64,000 bases of DNA from Octopus sinensis (lineage: Eukaryota). Positions 24,909-38,319 of this stretch are shown one piece after another. Under the pieces are notes generated by a model. That model was not told the origin of the DNA. It did not search any database and saw only the letters and a program-made list of their open reading frames with translations. Both the position numbers and the translations under genes were made by a program. Every line of letters begins with the position of its first letter. Positions within the stretch are counted from its first letter, which is position 1. Location of the stretch: the NCBI RefSeq assembly GCF_006345805.1, contig NC_043009.1:62310001-62374000 (forward strand). The letters run 5' to 3'.

Positions 24909-27769
24909 GGTTTTGATTTTGGTTTTTGTTGTTGCTGCTGCTTGTTATTACTACTCTCTCTCTGTTACGTCTGATGTTATTGTGGCTGCGGTACTGGCAG
25001 CAAGGAATGTTTTCAATTCTTCAAGAAGAAGAAGAAGAAGAAGAATTTTAACATATGTACAGAACGAAAAGTTCCATACGCAGAGTGCAATCTATTAAAT
25101 TGGCTCCATAACTCGGTTGGTGCTTACGAAAGACAAGGATGAGAGACAAAGTTTAGAATAATGTGATTTGAACTCATGACTTAATTGAATAACACATGAC
25201 TCTCCTGCAGCAGAAGATAAGAATGAGGATGATGAGGAAATAATGGAGGAAGAGGAGGAGGAATCTAAAGAGATAAAATGAGTGTTTGGAAATTTAAAAA
25301 GGTAGCGCAGCATCCCTTTATCTGCTGCTCAGTTTGATGTTTCAATCAATTCGTGAAGCTAAACAGCCTGCTACAGCCACATATAAAACTAAACACTGAT
25401 CGTCTGGCCTACTTTTCTCGTAAAAGATTCATTGAAGCAGACGATACATTAAAGGCAGTTTTGTAACGTTGATTTTAAGAGAACAAAAAGGCAAAGAAAA
25501 AACACCAACAACTACCATTACAAGAATAACAGCAACAGGAAAAATCACAATAGTAACTACAAAGGATTTGTTATAAAAATTCTGTTTGTTTTAATATACA
25601 TAGAATAGAGGGGATCAACATTTTTTCAAAGGTGTCGGCCATTTCTGGTTATTTAAATGGTTTTCATAAGCGACGCCATTTAAAGATTACTCATCATTAA
25701 TCCCTGCAGTGGAGCTTAGAATCTTTAATGGATTAATGGAGATTAATTCAGGGTCTGACATCAATCATATTCATCTGGTATTGGTGACGGTGGCGGAGGT
25801 GGCAGTGGTGGTGGCAGCGGTTGTGGTGGTGGTGGTGGTGGTGGTGGGTATATTGATGGCGGTTTTACTGGCAATGATGGTGGTGGTGAAGGTGCTGGTA
25901 GCGTTACTGGGGCTTTGTATCCCCCAGTGATTTAAATCCTGATGGCGGTAGTATGGATGGGGATAGGATGGGATGGGAATGGGGTGTGGTGGTGGTAGTG
26001 GTGTGATGGCGATTGTTGACGACGATGATGATTGTTGTTGTTTAACCCCAGGTCAGCATCGATCCAACAGGTCTCTGATCTAAAAGTGTTTCGATCTTGT
26101 GCTTTATTCTGACAATGTTGTCTAGATTCACATTATCCAATGCGATCTTTCCTTTTACCGAGAATGGGCAATAATTTGAAGACTTGGTTACTGTTTCTAG
26201 CTTTGTGCCAAAGGACATCGTTATGGACATCATTATTGTAATAAGAAATCACTGGAAATTGCATCAAATTAATTGCTTTACAGTGAACTGAGAGAAAAAA
26301 GGAGATAGGAGGGAGAAATTTTAGAAATTGTGTCAAGGCAACGCCTTGCATTCTTGTGTAAAGAAAGCTTTTATTAGTTCCTGTTCTTAATAAAGTCATA
26401 GCAAAGTGGTGATGGCTTCTAGAGAGTTGCCAGGCGACCACTGAGCTCCACCAACTGAACAATAATGTCAGCGAAGCAACAGCTCTCGTATTCTAAATTG
26501 GATTGGTTAACGACATAAAACACGACAGCCTGGAAAGTTACTCAAAGCGTCAACGCCAAAATTCGAATCTGTTTTTATTATTGTTGTTGTCGTGTTTTTT
26601 CCACGTCACTAAGAAAAGCAACATTAGGAAGACACAAATACAACAGCCAAAAAAAAACATCAAAAGATACAACAAAAACAACAGCAACACCAACAAACAA
26701 ACATACAAAAAAGCCCCCCCCCCACCACCACCACCCCAACACACACACCGATTCCCGGCAATGTTGTAAATGAGGTGAACAACGGCGAGTAGCTGAAATA
26801 AATAGTAGAACACACACAAAAAATCTTCGAACAGAAGGCGAAATGTTTGCAGTGCGAAAACCAAACCACCACCGGACAGACTTCTTTTGCTAAAGGCGTC
26901 ATCAAATATCTGTAAGAGAATGTGAATGGCAGCGTCCGGAAACGAAGTAAGAAACTCTTTAAAGGAAATTTTAATCCTCTCCACTGAAACCACAGGGTTA
27001 CACATTGTTCTCCAAAAACAAGGTACACAGCCTCTCGCTTATTTTTTTTTTTTCCGATCAGTCTGTTCGTAATCCAGATCAACCGTATAAATTCACGTAG
27101 CTTGGGGCTCTCTGGCTCAACATATGTCGAGCTGACACACATAGAATTAATAGCCATCAAGGAAACAAGCAAGACACACTCGTATCGATCTCCTTCCATT
27201 AGGAGGTCGAGGTTTACGAATCATGAGGATTTTATCGAATCGAACGTAGCAGTTTTATTTCGGAATGCTTTGGCTCTCGAAAGATGGACAATTATTTTAA
27301 ACCCGGACATTATGTTGGAGACGCTTGCGTGAACAGCAGCAAAACCAATGCCATCAGACAGGTGACTCTCAATGTCCTGACCGAGCAGAACTACAGGATC
27401 TCTACAGGCACCAAGGGAATGTTTCGATCTTTAGTACGGGTAAGGGATTGGTATTCTTTACGTATGCTGGGATTGCGTGATGTTCGCCGATAGTAAAACC
27501 GAACAGACTTGTCCAGACTGTCCCAACTATCTGATAGGCATCGAATAGATTCCCCATTCCATTGACAAGTTGGGGGTCATCTGCAGCCAAAACCTCAACG
27601 TAGAGAGCTCGACATGTGCCGATATGCGCTGAACCTGTGGTATCTACAAAGATTCCTAGAGAGAAGGTGAGTTCGCATTTTGTTGGGCACGTTTTCTCAA
27701 ATCTTTAATCTGGTGGAACTTCGGTCAAGCGAAGAACATGGCTTGGCACATGAGATCGGGAATGCTGTC

Positions 27770-27940
27770 AGCCGTTGACAGTCTTCTACAACTTCGAGCA
27801 ATACACTGAATCTAAGGACTACGCTAATGGTACGCATCTCTGTGGAGTGTTCAGTCACTTGCACGTTAATTTCACGAACAGATCGTTCCGTTGGTCGGAT
27901 CACCTGGAACACTCGTCGTCGTAACCGATGGAGGACCAGT
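27770..27940 (+). mobile_element. SINE family C 3' fragment
   Basis: CACTTGCACGTTAATTTCACG...CTGGAACACTCGTCGTCGTAACCGA matches 36130-36215 and 38985-39070. Confidence 0.8.
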
Positions 27941-28296
27941 TATGCTCAGAGGGGCGCCTACGTTATTCATTCTATAGAAACCAAGTGACGCAAAAGAGCA
28001 TCGATGTTCTCAGAGAATCTCTGGGCGAGAACCAATCGGCTGCTCTGTTCCATGTGACCTAGGGTTCAGTGACGAAGGATAACTTCCAGAAAACCAAGAT
28101 CACGTTGTGCTGCCTTCAAGCATTCTGGTTCGAAGCGAAAAGAAAGTAATTCTTTCTCAAATCTCGAAAAATCAATATGGCATCTGTTTATCTACCCCAA
28201 GCCACCCTTCAGGCTCCGTATTTCTGTTTTTCTTGATGTAGGCAAGTCCTTTCCTCCAGGGCACAGCAATCGTTTGTGTGTATGTGTGTGTGTGTG

Positions 28297-28342
<46 letters not shown>

Positions 28343-28380
28343 GAGAAAGAGTGTATGACTGTATAATATATGTGTGTGAA

Positions 28381-28415
<35 letters not shown>

Positions 28416-28692
28416 CGGTGTGTTTGTACCGGTATGGGTGTACGCATAAGAAAATGTACGTGTGTACGAGTGACAGAGAGAGAGAAAGCGAATGAGATAG
28501 CGTGTGTGCAATGTAAGGCTCTGTGTGTGTGTGTGTGTGGTGTGTGTGTGTGTGTGTGTGTGTGTGTTGTCTGTGTCTGTGTGTGTGTATGTGTGTGCGT
28601 ATATGTGTGTGTCTGTGTGTGTGTGTACGCTGATTCAGTCAAGAACAGATGTGACGAATAATCTCGAGTATAGATTAGGTCTTCTGCTGCTG

Positions 28693-28731
<39 letters not shown>

Positions 28732-29127
28732 GCTGTTTCCACTATTTATATTGATGATGACGACGACGGCCGCAGCAGCGGTGATGTTGATGGTGATGTC
28801 GTTGATGTCGACGACGGCGACGACGAGAAACTGAAATAACAAACAATATTTCTTCAAAAGTAACCAAGTACAACGAAGCATGAAATATACACATCCATCC
28901 ACCCAGCCGCCCTCCAACCCTACCGCAAACACACAGACACACACATCACATATCGGGCTACGTGAATGAACATACACACACACACACACAGAACATAAGA
29001 CATGCACACACATAGTCATCCCAATACACACCTCAACGCCTTAACACAGAACCTCACCTTGCAACGCAAACATACTATACATCACACACACACACACTTC
29101 TACGTTCACACGAGATCCACACACTTC

Positions 29128-29540
29128 TATTTCTTTACTACCCACAAGGGGCTAAACACAGAAGGGACAAACAAGGACACACAAACGGATTAAGTCGATT
29201 ATATCGACCCCAGTGCATAATTGTACTTAATTTAACGACCCCAAAAGGATAAAAGGCAAAGAGACCTCAGCGGAATTTGAACCCAGAACGTAACGGCAGA
29301 CGAAATACCTATTTCTTTACTACCCACAAGGGGCTAAACACAGAGGGGACAAACAAGGACAGACAAACGGATTAAGTCGATTACATCGACCCCAGTGCGT
29401 AACTGGAACTTAATTTATCGACCCCGAAAGGAAGAAAGGCAAAGTCGACCTCGGCGGAATTTGAGCTCAGAACGTAACGGCAGACGAAATACGGCTACGC
29501 ACTTCGAACGGCGTGCTAACGACTGCCAGCTCGCGGCCTA
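29128..29540 (-). mobile_element. SINE family B dimer with 15-bp TSD
   Basis: AGATCCACACACTTC at 29113-29127 and 29541-29555; junction 29302-29315. Confidence 0.95.
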
Positions 29541-29559
29541 AGATCCACACACTTCATCA

Positions 29560-29800
29560 AGTCGTGAAGCCTGGTATTAGGGTCTTGTACGCTTCATCTT
29601 GCGATCGGGATTTCGATTCCCGGAGCAGGCAGTGTGTTGTGCTCTTGAGCAAAACACTTCACTTCTCGTTGCTCCAGTCCACTCAGCAGGCAACAACGAA
29701 TGACCCTGCGATGGACTGGCGATTTGTTCATGGTTGAAATTTATAATCTCGGTCACTATCACGCCATGGAATCTGAGTAACTAGCCCTAGATGTCCTGGG
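29560..29800 (+). mobile_element. SINE with family C-like head and a different 3' body
   Basis: TTCGATTCCCGG B box, CTTGAGCAAAACACTT...GCTCCAGTCCACTCAGC, then CCCTGCGATGGACTGGCG; related minus copy at 43530-43735. Confidence 0.7.
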
Positions 29801-29940
29801 ACTCGATACAGTAATGTCCAGCAAGATTTACTGCTATACACACACATAAGTCACATCACATACAATTTAGACTACGCATCACATATACACAGACATACAC
29901 ACACACATACACTTACATACATTTCTTATATATAGGCGCA

Positions 29941-30865
29941 GGTACTTAATTTATCGACCCCAAAAGGAAGAAAGGCAAAGTCGACCTCGACGGAATTTGA
30001 GCTCAGAACATAAGACAGGCGAAATACCGCTAAGCAATTCTTATTTCTCTATGTTTAGCCCCTTGTGGGCTAAACATAGAGGGGACAAACAAGGACAGAC
30101 AAAGGGGTTAAGTCGATTAGATCGACTCCAGTGCATAACTGGTACTTCATTTATCGACCCCGAAAGGATGTAAGTCGACCTCGGCGGAATTTGAACTCAG
30201 AACGTAGCGACAGAAGAAATACCTATTTCTTTACTACCCACAAGGGGCTAAACACAGAGAGGACAAACAAGGACAGACACATGGATTAAGTCGATTATAT
30301 CGACCCCAGTGCGTAACTGGTACTTATTTAATCGACCCCGAAAGGATGAAAGGCCAAGTCGACCTCGGCGAAATTTGAACTCAGAACGTAGCGGCAGACG
30401 AAATACCGCAAAAGCATTTCACCCGGCGTGCTAACGATTCTGCCAGCTCGCCGCCTTCAGATTCATACTCGTTGCAGCGGTCGTAAGCCTTGCAAAAGAA
30501 CTCCAGCCAGGCCTTTCGCGAGACCCATAAAACCAGGAACTTTTCAGCACTCCCTCATGTATATATGTGTGTGTGTATGTCCATTGCTTGACAACCGATG
30601 TTGATGTGTTTACGTCCTCGTAACTTAGCGGTCTATGACCCTTGTGGACAATAAAGAAATAAGAAACGTTAGCACGCCGGACAAAATGCTTAGCAGCATT
30701 TCGTCCGTTTTTACATTCTGAGTTCAAACCCCATCCAGGTCGACTTTGCCTTTTATTCTTTCAGAGTCAATAAAATAATTACCAGTTGAGTCCTGGGGGT
30801 CAATGTAATCGATTACTCCCCACCCGACACACAAATTTTCAGGCTTTGTGCTTACAATGAAAACG
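29941..30865. mobile_element. SINE family B array (minus, 29941-30457), mariner-like TIR fragment (~30500-30562), SINE A fragment and SINE B (plus, ~30640-30865)
   Basis: Junction 30216-30229; CCAGGAACTTTTCAGCACTCCCTCATGTA resembles a mariner terminus. Confidence 0.8.
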
Positions 30866-32134
30866 ATTGTTTTCCTCCATCATATGTAGACGCACTTTTA
30901 GATATCTGTCTGTGTCATCGTTACAGCTTCTGTACAATATTTATATTGTTAGTAAATTTATGTCAAAGTCAAGTTGTCTGAAGTTATGTATAACTTATAT
31001 GCGTAGAGGAACAGATAGACTAAACAACTCTACTCTCCTTCATCAAGCTATTTCTCACCGGGTGAGTTCATTTAAATGGTTGAGGTATTTTTGTTTGGTA
31101 AGGATGAAACCAATACCTGCTAGACAGTAGAAATGTTTCTTCCAAGTAGATATTCTGACACTACCACCACCTCAAAAAAAGAAGAAAAAAGTGGTAACCT
31201 GTTCTACTGGATGAAAAGCAGCGGAAGGAGAAACTGATATGACTTGTAAATGATATTAACTATAGAATATTAACGCTAGGAAAAATTCAAATTACATTCT
31301 CAATTAAGAATTGAAAGTATGAAAATGCTATCACAATACCTTTCTATAAACTGTCTTCGATCTTTGACCGAAGATGGCACTTGCTATGAACTTTGATCTT
31401 ATGCTAATATTCAGGAATTTAAACCCTTCGTTCTTACAGTCGACTGTCTCAATGTTCCTTGGGAAAAATTCACTTCGTTGGCGTGTCATGTGGTGTGGAT
31501 TGTCATAAATATTTTCTCTGTCACCACCTAAAAAGATAGCAAAAAGTTTATACTGTGTCAGTAAGCCGAGACTATCTTTGTCTTTCTATTCAGTATTGAT
31601 GTAGCGTGGTGTGTGATATATTTCTCAGTCAAACGTGAATTTAACTGTTTCGAATCAATACAGACGAAGATATACCTTGAGATGAGAGTGGAGTGAAAAC
31701 AATAGATTTTTTTTTGTTTTTTGTATTTTTGTTTTTCCAAATGTATTTCAGGAGTGACGTATTATTTTCTTTGTGATGGCGTCTGGAACACTGTTGCACT
31801 GGGTAAAAGAAAATAACGAAACATGTCTGTAAAAAAAAACAGTTATAGTCACGGCTGGAATGTCTTTGGTCATTGATCGGCTCCAACAGAACTGATGCGG
31901 ACCCAAACAACAGCAGCAAGGCAGCCTCCACAAGTTCGCTCGATCTGCTAGAAATAACAGCTTTACGTTACTCAAATTACATACTACCGATTTAAAGGTG
32001 GTAGATATACTATCAATACTGTAACACACGAAAGTCACACGTTGAAACTTTTGTTTGTAGGAAGAACTTCTGTTTGGGAAGAGTTGAAAGATTAAGTGTT
32101 ACAGTGATTAGTAAGGAAGGCGAGAAATAAAAGG

Positions 32135-32557
32135 GAATGTAAAAATCTTACTGACTTTCCTAAATTACCGAAACGAACAAGTGACTGCTTCAAAAATAGA
32201 TAAACTATTATCCATCTCTAAATCTTTAAACTTTTTTTTTCCCCAAACAACTTCGGAGTTCTCTATTTTGAACATCGGAAATTCCGGAAGTTCCTATGCC
32301 CCATAATGCAATATTTTTGTTTGGCTCCGGCTACTGATCCTCACTTCATCTTGAGAAAATATAACTTATTACAATCTACACAACGTCTTGGGTTTTATAC
32401 GATAGGTTTATTTTACAGTATTTGTGGACTAACACCAGCTACAAACTGTATCACATTGTGCATGAGGTGCTTTACTTATTTTAAAGTATTTGCACATTTT
32501 GAAGCATTTATTTTTCGTTTCGGTAATTCAGGAAAGCCAAGTTAGATGTTTACATCA
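32135..32557. mobile_element. Old MITE-like element with ~70-bp imperfect inverted repeats
   Basis: ATGTAAAAATCTTACTGACTTTCCTAAATTACCGAAACGAA vs TTCGTTTCGGTAATTCAGGAAAGCCAAGTTAGATGTTTACAT. Confidence 0.65.
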
Positions 32558-33584
32558 CCCATTATTGATCGTCTGCCACACTTGACATTATTACATCGCA
32601 TATATTTTATTAAAGTGCACCACATGAAATGTTGTTTTTAAGAGAAAAAAATAAACACATTATAAATGAGATAAAGCAAATTTATTTAATCAAAATACAG
32701 CGCCATTATATTAAATTGACTTTTGTCAATGTGATATTAAATTAAATATTCCTAGATTAACATATCCTTCGTCTTTTAAGATTATGAACTTTTCAAATGT
32801 TTCAGCTGCGGCTTCTTGATTCGTATCTTTTATTGCGTATAAACAGTTCCAAGTGTTTGAAATGTCGATATTTTGTTAGGAAGATGTCAGCAGAGTTGCA
32901 GGTGAATGCAACACAATTTCAAAACCTAGTGTAGGATCATTGATAAATGAAAGAACTACTTACGTCGCTGACAACATTGACCAGTAAGGGTCACTTACGA
33001 CAAGGAACAATAGTGGGAGCGGCTTCAGCTTTAAAGGAAAGACATAACAGTGATGTCATTGTTATGCAAATTAGGCGAACATTTGGATGAAAGCTGACCA
33101 AAGTTATTTAAGGACAGCAGGGCGACCTTTTGATCGACAGAATATGATACGATACCTGGCGGTTAATTCTTTTCCGAAAAGTGATTTGAGAAATGTGTGG
33201 TCGAACGTTGTCAACTGGTCCATATCTGCGGAGCAGTCTTGATTGTTTTGATTTCAGGGGGGGGGGGGGGTCTGTCTGTTTTTTTTGGGGGGGGGGTGCT
33301 TTGTCTTGTTTTTTGTTTTGTTTTTGATTTCCTGTCAGAATGGGATATGCAGTGATTAGGTTCCCCTGCTGCGAAATAAACTCGTGGATTATATTTTTTT
33401 TACAAACCACCTTACAGTCGCCATAAGTTTTGGAAAACGCGCTGGAAATCACTGTGGAAACTGGTTTGTGTATGGCCGTTGCCCAGAACGTGTATTTTTG
33501 TTAAGCATTTCTCATCCAAAGAAACGATACGCTGCAAGAGGACTTATGTTTACTGTGAATTAATAAGGTTCAGTATTTTTCATA

Positions 33585-34150
33585 GTTTACTTGTTTCAGT
33601 CGTTGGACTGCGGCATGCTGGAGCACGGCCTTAAAAGATTTAGTCAAACAAATCGGCCCCGGTGCATATTTTTCTAAAGTTTGGTACTCTTTCTATCGGA
33701 GGCTTGTACCGAATCCTTAAGTGACCGCCACGTAAACAAACCAACACCGGTCATCAAGTGATGAGTGGACAAACACATACGCAAAGACATACACACATAT
33801 ACGACAGGCTTCCACACAGTTTCTGTCAGCCAAATTCACTCAAGCCATTGGTCGGCCCTGGGCTATACTAAAAGACACTTTAAGGCGGCGAGCTGGCAGA
33901 ACCGTTAGCACGCCGGGCGAAATGCGTAGCCGTATTTCGTCTGCCGTTACGTTCTGAGTTCAAATTCCGCCGAGGTCGATTTTGCCTTTCATCCTTTCGG
34001 GGTCGATAAATTAAGTACCAGTTATGCACTGGGGTCGATGTAATCGACTTAATCCGTTTGTCTGTCCTTGTTTGTCCCCTCTATGTTTAGCCCCTTGTGG
34101 GTAGTAAAGAAACATATACTAAAAGACATTTGCCCAAAGTGCAACGCATC
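33585..34150 (-). mobile_element. Degenerate SINE A hosting a young SINE B (plus, 33881-34113)
   Basis: TSD TATACTAAAAGACA(C/T)TT at 33864-33880 and 34115-34131. Confidence 0.9.
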
Positions 34151-35429
34151 AGATTTTTTTGACTCGCGAAGAATATCGCAGCTGCTTAGTACATTTGCAC
34201 TTAGCCTTCCAGCTAAGAACCAATGGAGCAGCCTCCAAGTGGTTGCTCGTCTTGTAAGAAATAGCAACTAATCCTTCTTCAAAATCGTATTACTGCCTTA
34301 AACCAGGAAGGATACGTGAGATGATGTAGTTCCGGAGATACTGAATGAAGGACAAGTCGGTTACAGCTGCAATGTCTTTGATCATAGACCTACTCGAGCA
34401 GAGTCGACTCGGGGTTAAACAATAACGTCAATAACTCCAGCTAAAGAGGTTACTACAGATAAAGCACTAAAAATATCGATTCTGTTGTTAAGTTATTTTA
34501 CAACAATCTCTCTTTCCCCCTCCCCAATATCCTAGAGATCTTGTTTTGTTTTCTTCTTCTTCTTCTTCTTCTTCTTCTTCTTCTTCTTCTTCTTCTTCTT
34601 CTTCTTCTTCTTCTTCTTCTTCTTCTTCTTCTTCTTCTTTACTGACACCTTTATGTCACTTTATGTGCTACAAGTCTCACCTATCACAAAATACACATCA
34701 CCCCTTAATCAATACTTCATCATGATCGCTCGTACGCGAAAGAAACAAAAAAACTGTTTTTCCCCAGCATCCAGTTTCTAGTTTATTTTTCTTTCTACCT
34801 GATCCTTAATGTTATTTACGCTTGGCTGAAAGTTTCCTCTCGTCTGACACCCTCTTCCTTCGAACAGACTACACTGTCAGCTTCACTGACACTCGCTTCC
34901 CTCCAATAACGAAACACATTGTCGGCTGTAAAAGTCTTTATCGGCCAGAAACGAATCTGTCTTCATCCATGTTTATCTACTTAAACAGAAATGTTAGAAA
35001 TATTCTGGAAGACAGATTAGGTTTAAAACATTGCCTTTTTAAGTGTTTACCTTTATGTATATACGCTTCGCTACCAAATGATTATACACAGTTAAGTAGA
35101 TACCTGTCTGTCTATCAAATGTTCTATTATCTATCTATTATCGACTTATTTTTCTATCTGTTTACCTAGCTCTCTATTTCCCTGTCTACCGATCTATATG
35201 TCTATTTATCTTTCTAACTTCTTTATGCCATGCATTTGTTAAATAAACGTCTCGTTGGTCGGAGGGTTCCAACAAGTCAATCACTGGTTCACTGCATCTC
35301 CAACGGCGAGACTTCCAAGAAGCGCTTCTGAACGCGGTGTTTGAAAACAAATCTTACAACAGTCTCTTGTAGTGCCACTCAATCCTTTTTTTTTCTTCTA
35401 TTCCTCCTTTAATCACTTTGTCGTCCCGA

Positions 35430-36220
35430 AGGCGCGTAGTTTGGTGATTAGGGTATTCGTCTAAACGGTCATAAGGTCGTGAGTTCAATACCCGGCGACT
35501 GCTCGAGCAAGGCACTTTATTTCATGTTGCTCCGATCCATTCAGCTGGCAAAAATGAGTACCGTAAATCCTCGAATATAGTTCACCCTTGAGTATAATAC
35601 GCAGGAGATTTTTAGGGGACTGTTCCTCTGAAAATCCTAAACCTTGTGTATAATACGCAACCCTTCTCTAACTTGAGTCAAGGTCTATATAACGTCCTTG
35701 GTTTGTAAAACTGTATACGGTAACGTCCTTTATTATAATTGTATAAATAACATAATGCAAACGTGTAGCTTTTTGTGCATTTTGTTGGCAAAAAATAAAG
35801 AAATAACAGTAATAACGTTTAATAAATGTTGCTAACTGCAAGTTAGGGATGATTTAAGGTATTTTCGTGCCGACATCACGAAATGCGTCTGAATAAACAT
35901 TGCCGGAAAGCAAATAGAGACTCGGACATTGCTTAGAAAATAATTTTCATTTTTAACCTCGTATATAGTTCGCACTAGGGATTTCGACCTTCAAATTTTG
36001 GGGAAAAAATGCGGATTATACTCCAGGATTTACGGTAGTACCTGTAATTCTAAAGGCCAGTCTTGTCGCATTCTGTGTCACGCTGAATTTCCCTGCGAAC
36101 TACGTTAAGGGTACACGTGTCTGTGGTGTACTCAGCCACTTGCACGTTAATTTCACAAACAGGCTGTTCCGTTGATCGGATCAACTGGAACACTGGTCAT
36201 CGTAACCGACAGAGTGCCAG
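35430..36220 (+). mobile_element. SINE family C interrupted by a MITE
   Basis: Removing 35561-36037 restores colinearity with 38757-39072. Confidence 0.85.
35561..36035. mobile_element. pogo/Tigger-like MITE
   Basis: TIRs CCGTAAATCCTCGAATATA / TATACTCCAGGATTTACGG with TA duplicated at 35559-35560 and 36036-36037. Confidence 0.9.
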
Positions 36221-36529
36221 AATCCCGATTTCCTGACCACATACGAAAAGTAAAATGTAGTCTTGTATACAACACAAACTATTGCACAATTTTGTTCTCT
36301 CTTGAGAAAGTCACTACGCCAATAATAAACACACGCACAGGTTCAATTTCACTTCATTATTATTTGTCAATCGGTAAGTTATTTAAGTAACTAATTGATT
36401 TCTTGCTTAATCACTCGATCGAACCAGTGTATGTGGTTATTAATGATGCCATGACTCTCCCAAGAAACCGTAAAATATGTTTCAACACACTAGTTTCCAT
36501 CAAGAATCTTGCAAAACAATTATAACATA

Positions 36530-37030
36530 ATACTGACTTCAAATTTTGGCACAGGGCCAGCAATTTCGGAGGTATGGGTAAGTTGATTACATCGAGTCAA
36601 GTACTCAACTGGGGCGGGGGATTACAAACGTGTTTCGTGGTCTGCTACCACAACAGCTCCTTTATAGGATCCAGTTAGCTCAAGACATCATCAGGAGGAA
36701 CCACGTCCGGTTTCGGCCCTTACTCCTCTACCGTTTTTACGTGCCCCCACCCTTTCGGAGGTGTCTTCAGCTCTGGTATTGGGTGCATAGCTTCTTTCTT
36801 CTGTTCCCTGGCCTCTTCGATGTATCGTCAACGAGTGTCAGCCGGTGACTGACTGTCTTGTCAAATTTTTCCTTGCCCCAGCAAGTTGTCACGTGACACT
36901 GTCTCACCTTTATTTATTTAATACCGAAAGGATGAAAGGCAAAGTCAACCTCGGTGGAATTTGAACTCAGACGAAATGCGGCTATGCATTTTTCCCGGCG
37001 TGCTAACGATTCTGCCAACAAGCCGCCTTA
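36530..37030 (-). mobile_element. SINE family B split by an unidentified ~295-bp GC-richer insert (~36613-36908)
   Basis: SINE body stops at CTCAACTGG and resumes at TATTTAAT..CCGAAAGGATGAAAGG. Confidence 0.75.
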
Positions 37031-37689
37031 AATTATTACATAATGTTAACAGCTTTATATTGATTTACCGTTAGCGTCCCTAAAAAGCAACATTAAAGGA
37101 AATAAATCTAACGAAAATTGTGTAAATAATGATAAAGAATTTTTCAACATAAAAACAATTTCCTCCATTAGATTTTCTAGATTTACTCCAGGAATTCAGA
37201 AATTCCATCTCCACCCCTGACGGGAAAATTACTCCAAGAATTTCAGCTCCGGAAATTTATTTTAAATTCTGTTAGTCGAGTACAAGAATTTACACCCTAC
37301 AGTGCACGTTTGAGCCAAACCGAAATATCGCTTGACAGTGTTGCTTTCGAGAGATTCTTTACCAATTCCCCACCTTTACCATGTCATTTCTTTCATGTAG
37401 ATTTCTCTCATGTGGTGCTGTTGAGCGCGTCCACAGTCTCAGTTTATTACACAGATGTAGTTCCTATGTCTACTGATTGTTCAGCGTGGTAGCGGCAGCG
37501 CCGACAGCCGCAAAGGAGAGTACATTCAATATTCACTGAGAGCTTTTTGGTGAGTTCAAAGATCACATACACCCCACCCCCAGTTTTCAATGACAAGGTT
37601 AGGGCCTGAAATCTTCCAAACTGACACATGACATGCCACTTAGTTGAATTAGCATTTCATTTACTCCACCAATGTTTTGTTTCCAACGC

Positions 37690-37774
37690 TACACCTCCCC
37701 TACATCACATTAACTGTACCATATATACAAACTATGCCATTTAAATCCCGAGCAATGCCGGGTATGTCTGCTAG
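37690..37774 (+). mobile_element. 3' terminus of a second Helitron family
   Basis: CCCGAGCAATGCCGGG hairpin then CTGCTAG followed by T; same end design as 46004-46401 but different upstream sequence; 5' end not located. Confidence 0.7.
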
Positions 37775-37775
37775 T

Positions 37776-37839
<64 letters not shown>

Positions 37840-37840
<1 letters not shown>

Positions 37841-38223
37841 TTTTACTTGTTTCAGTCATTTGACTGCGGCGATGCTGCAGTACTGCTTTTAGTCGAGTAA
37901 ATCGACCCTAGGACTAATTCTTTGTAAGCCTAGTACTTATTCTTTTGCCGAACCGCTAAGTTACTGGGACGTAAACACACCAGCATCGGTTGTCAAGCGA
38001 TGTTTGGGGAACAAGCACAGACACACAAATACACACACACACACATATATATATATACATATACATATATACGACGGGCTTCTTTTCAGTTTCCGTCTAC
38101 CAAATCCACTCACAGGCCTTTGGTCGGCACGAAGCTATAGTAGAAGACACTTGCCCAAGGTGCCACGCAGTGGGACTGAACCCGGAACCATGTGGTTGGT
38201 AAGCAAGCTACTTACCACACAGT
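37840..38223 (-). mobile_element. SINE family A
   Basis: Reverse complement of family A. Confidence 0.92.
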
Positions 38224-38233
38224 CACAAAAATA

Positions 38234-38296
<63 letters not shown>

Positions 38297-38319
38297 CTAT
38301 TTCGTTTCAATGTAAATAA

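Noticed and set aside
33100-33240. mariner catalytic fragment (DNVRPH) on the minus strand
   Set aside because: Single short motif without supporting flanks; too weak to annotate.
33881-33975. tRNA genes at A/B-box motifs (here and at all SINE heads)
   Set aside because: No proper cloverleaf or terminator; each continues into a SINE body.
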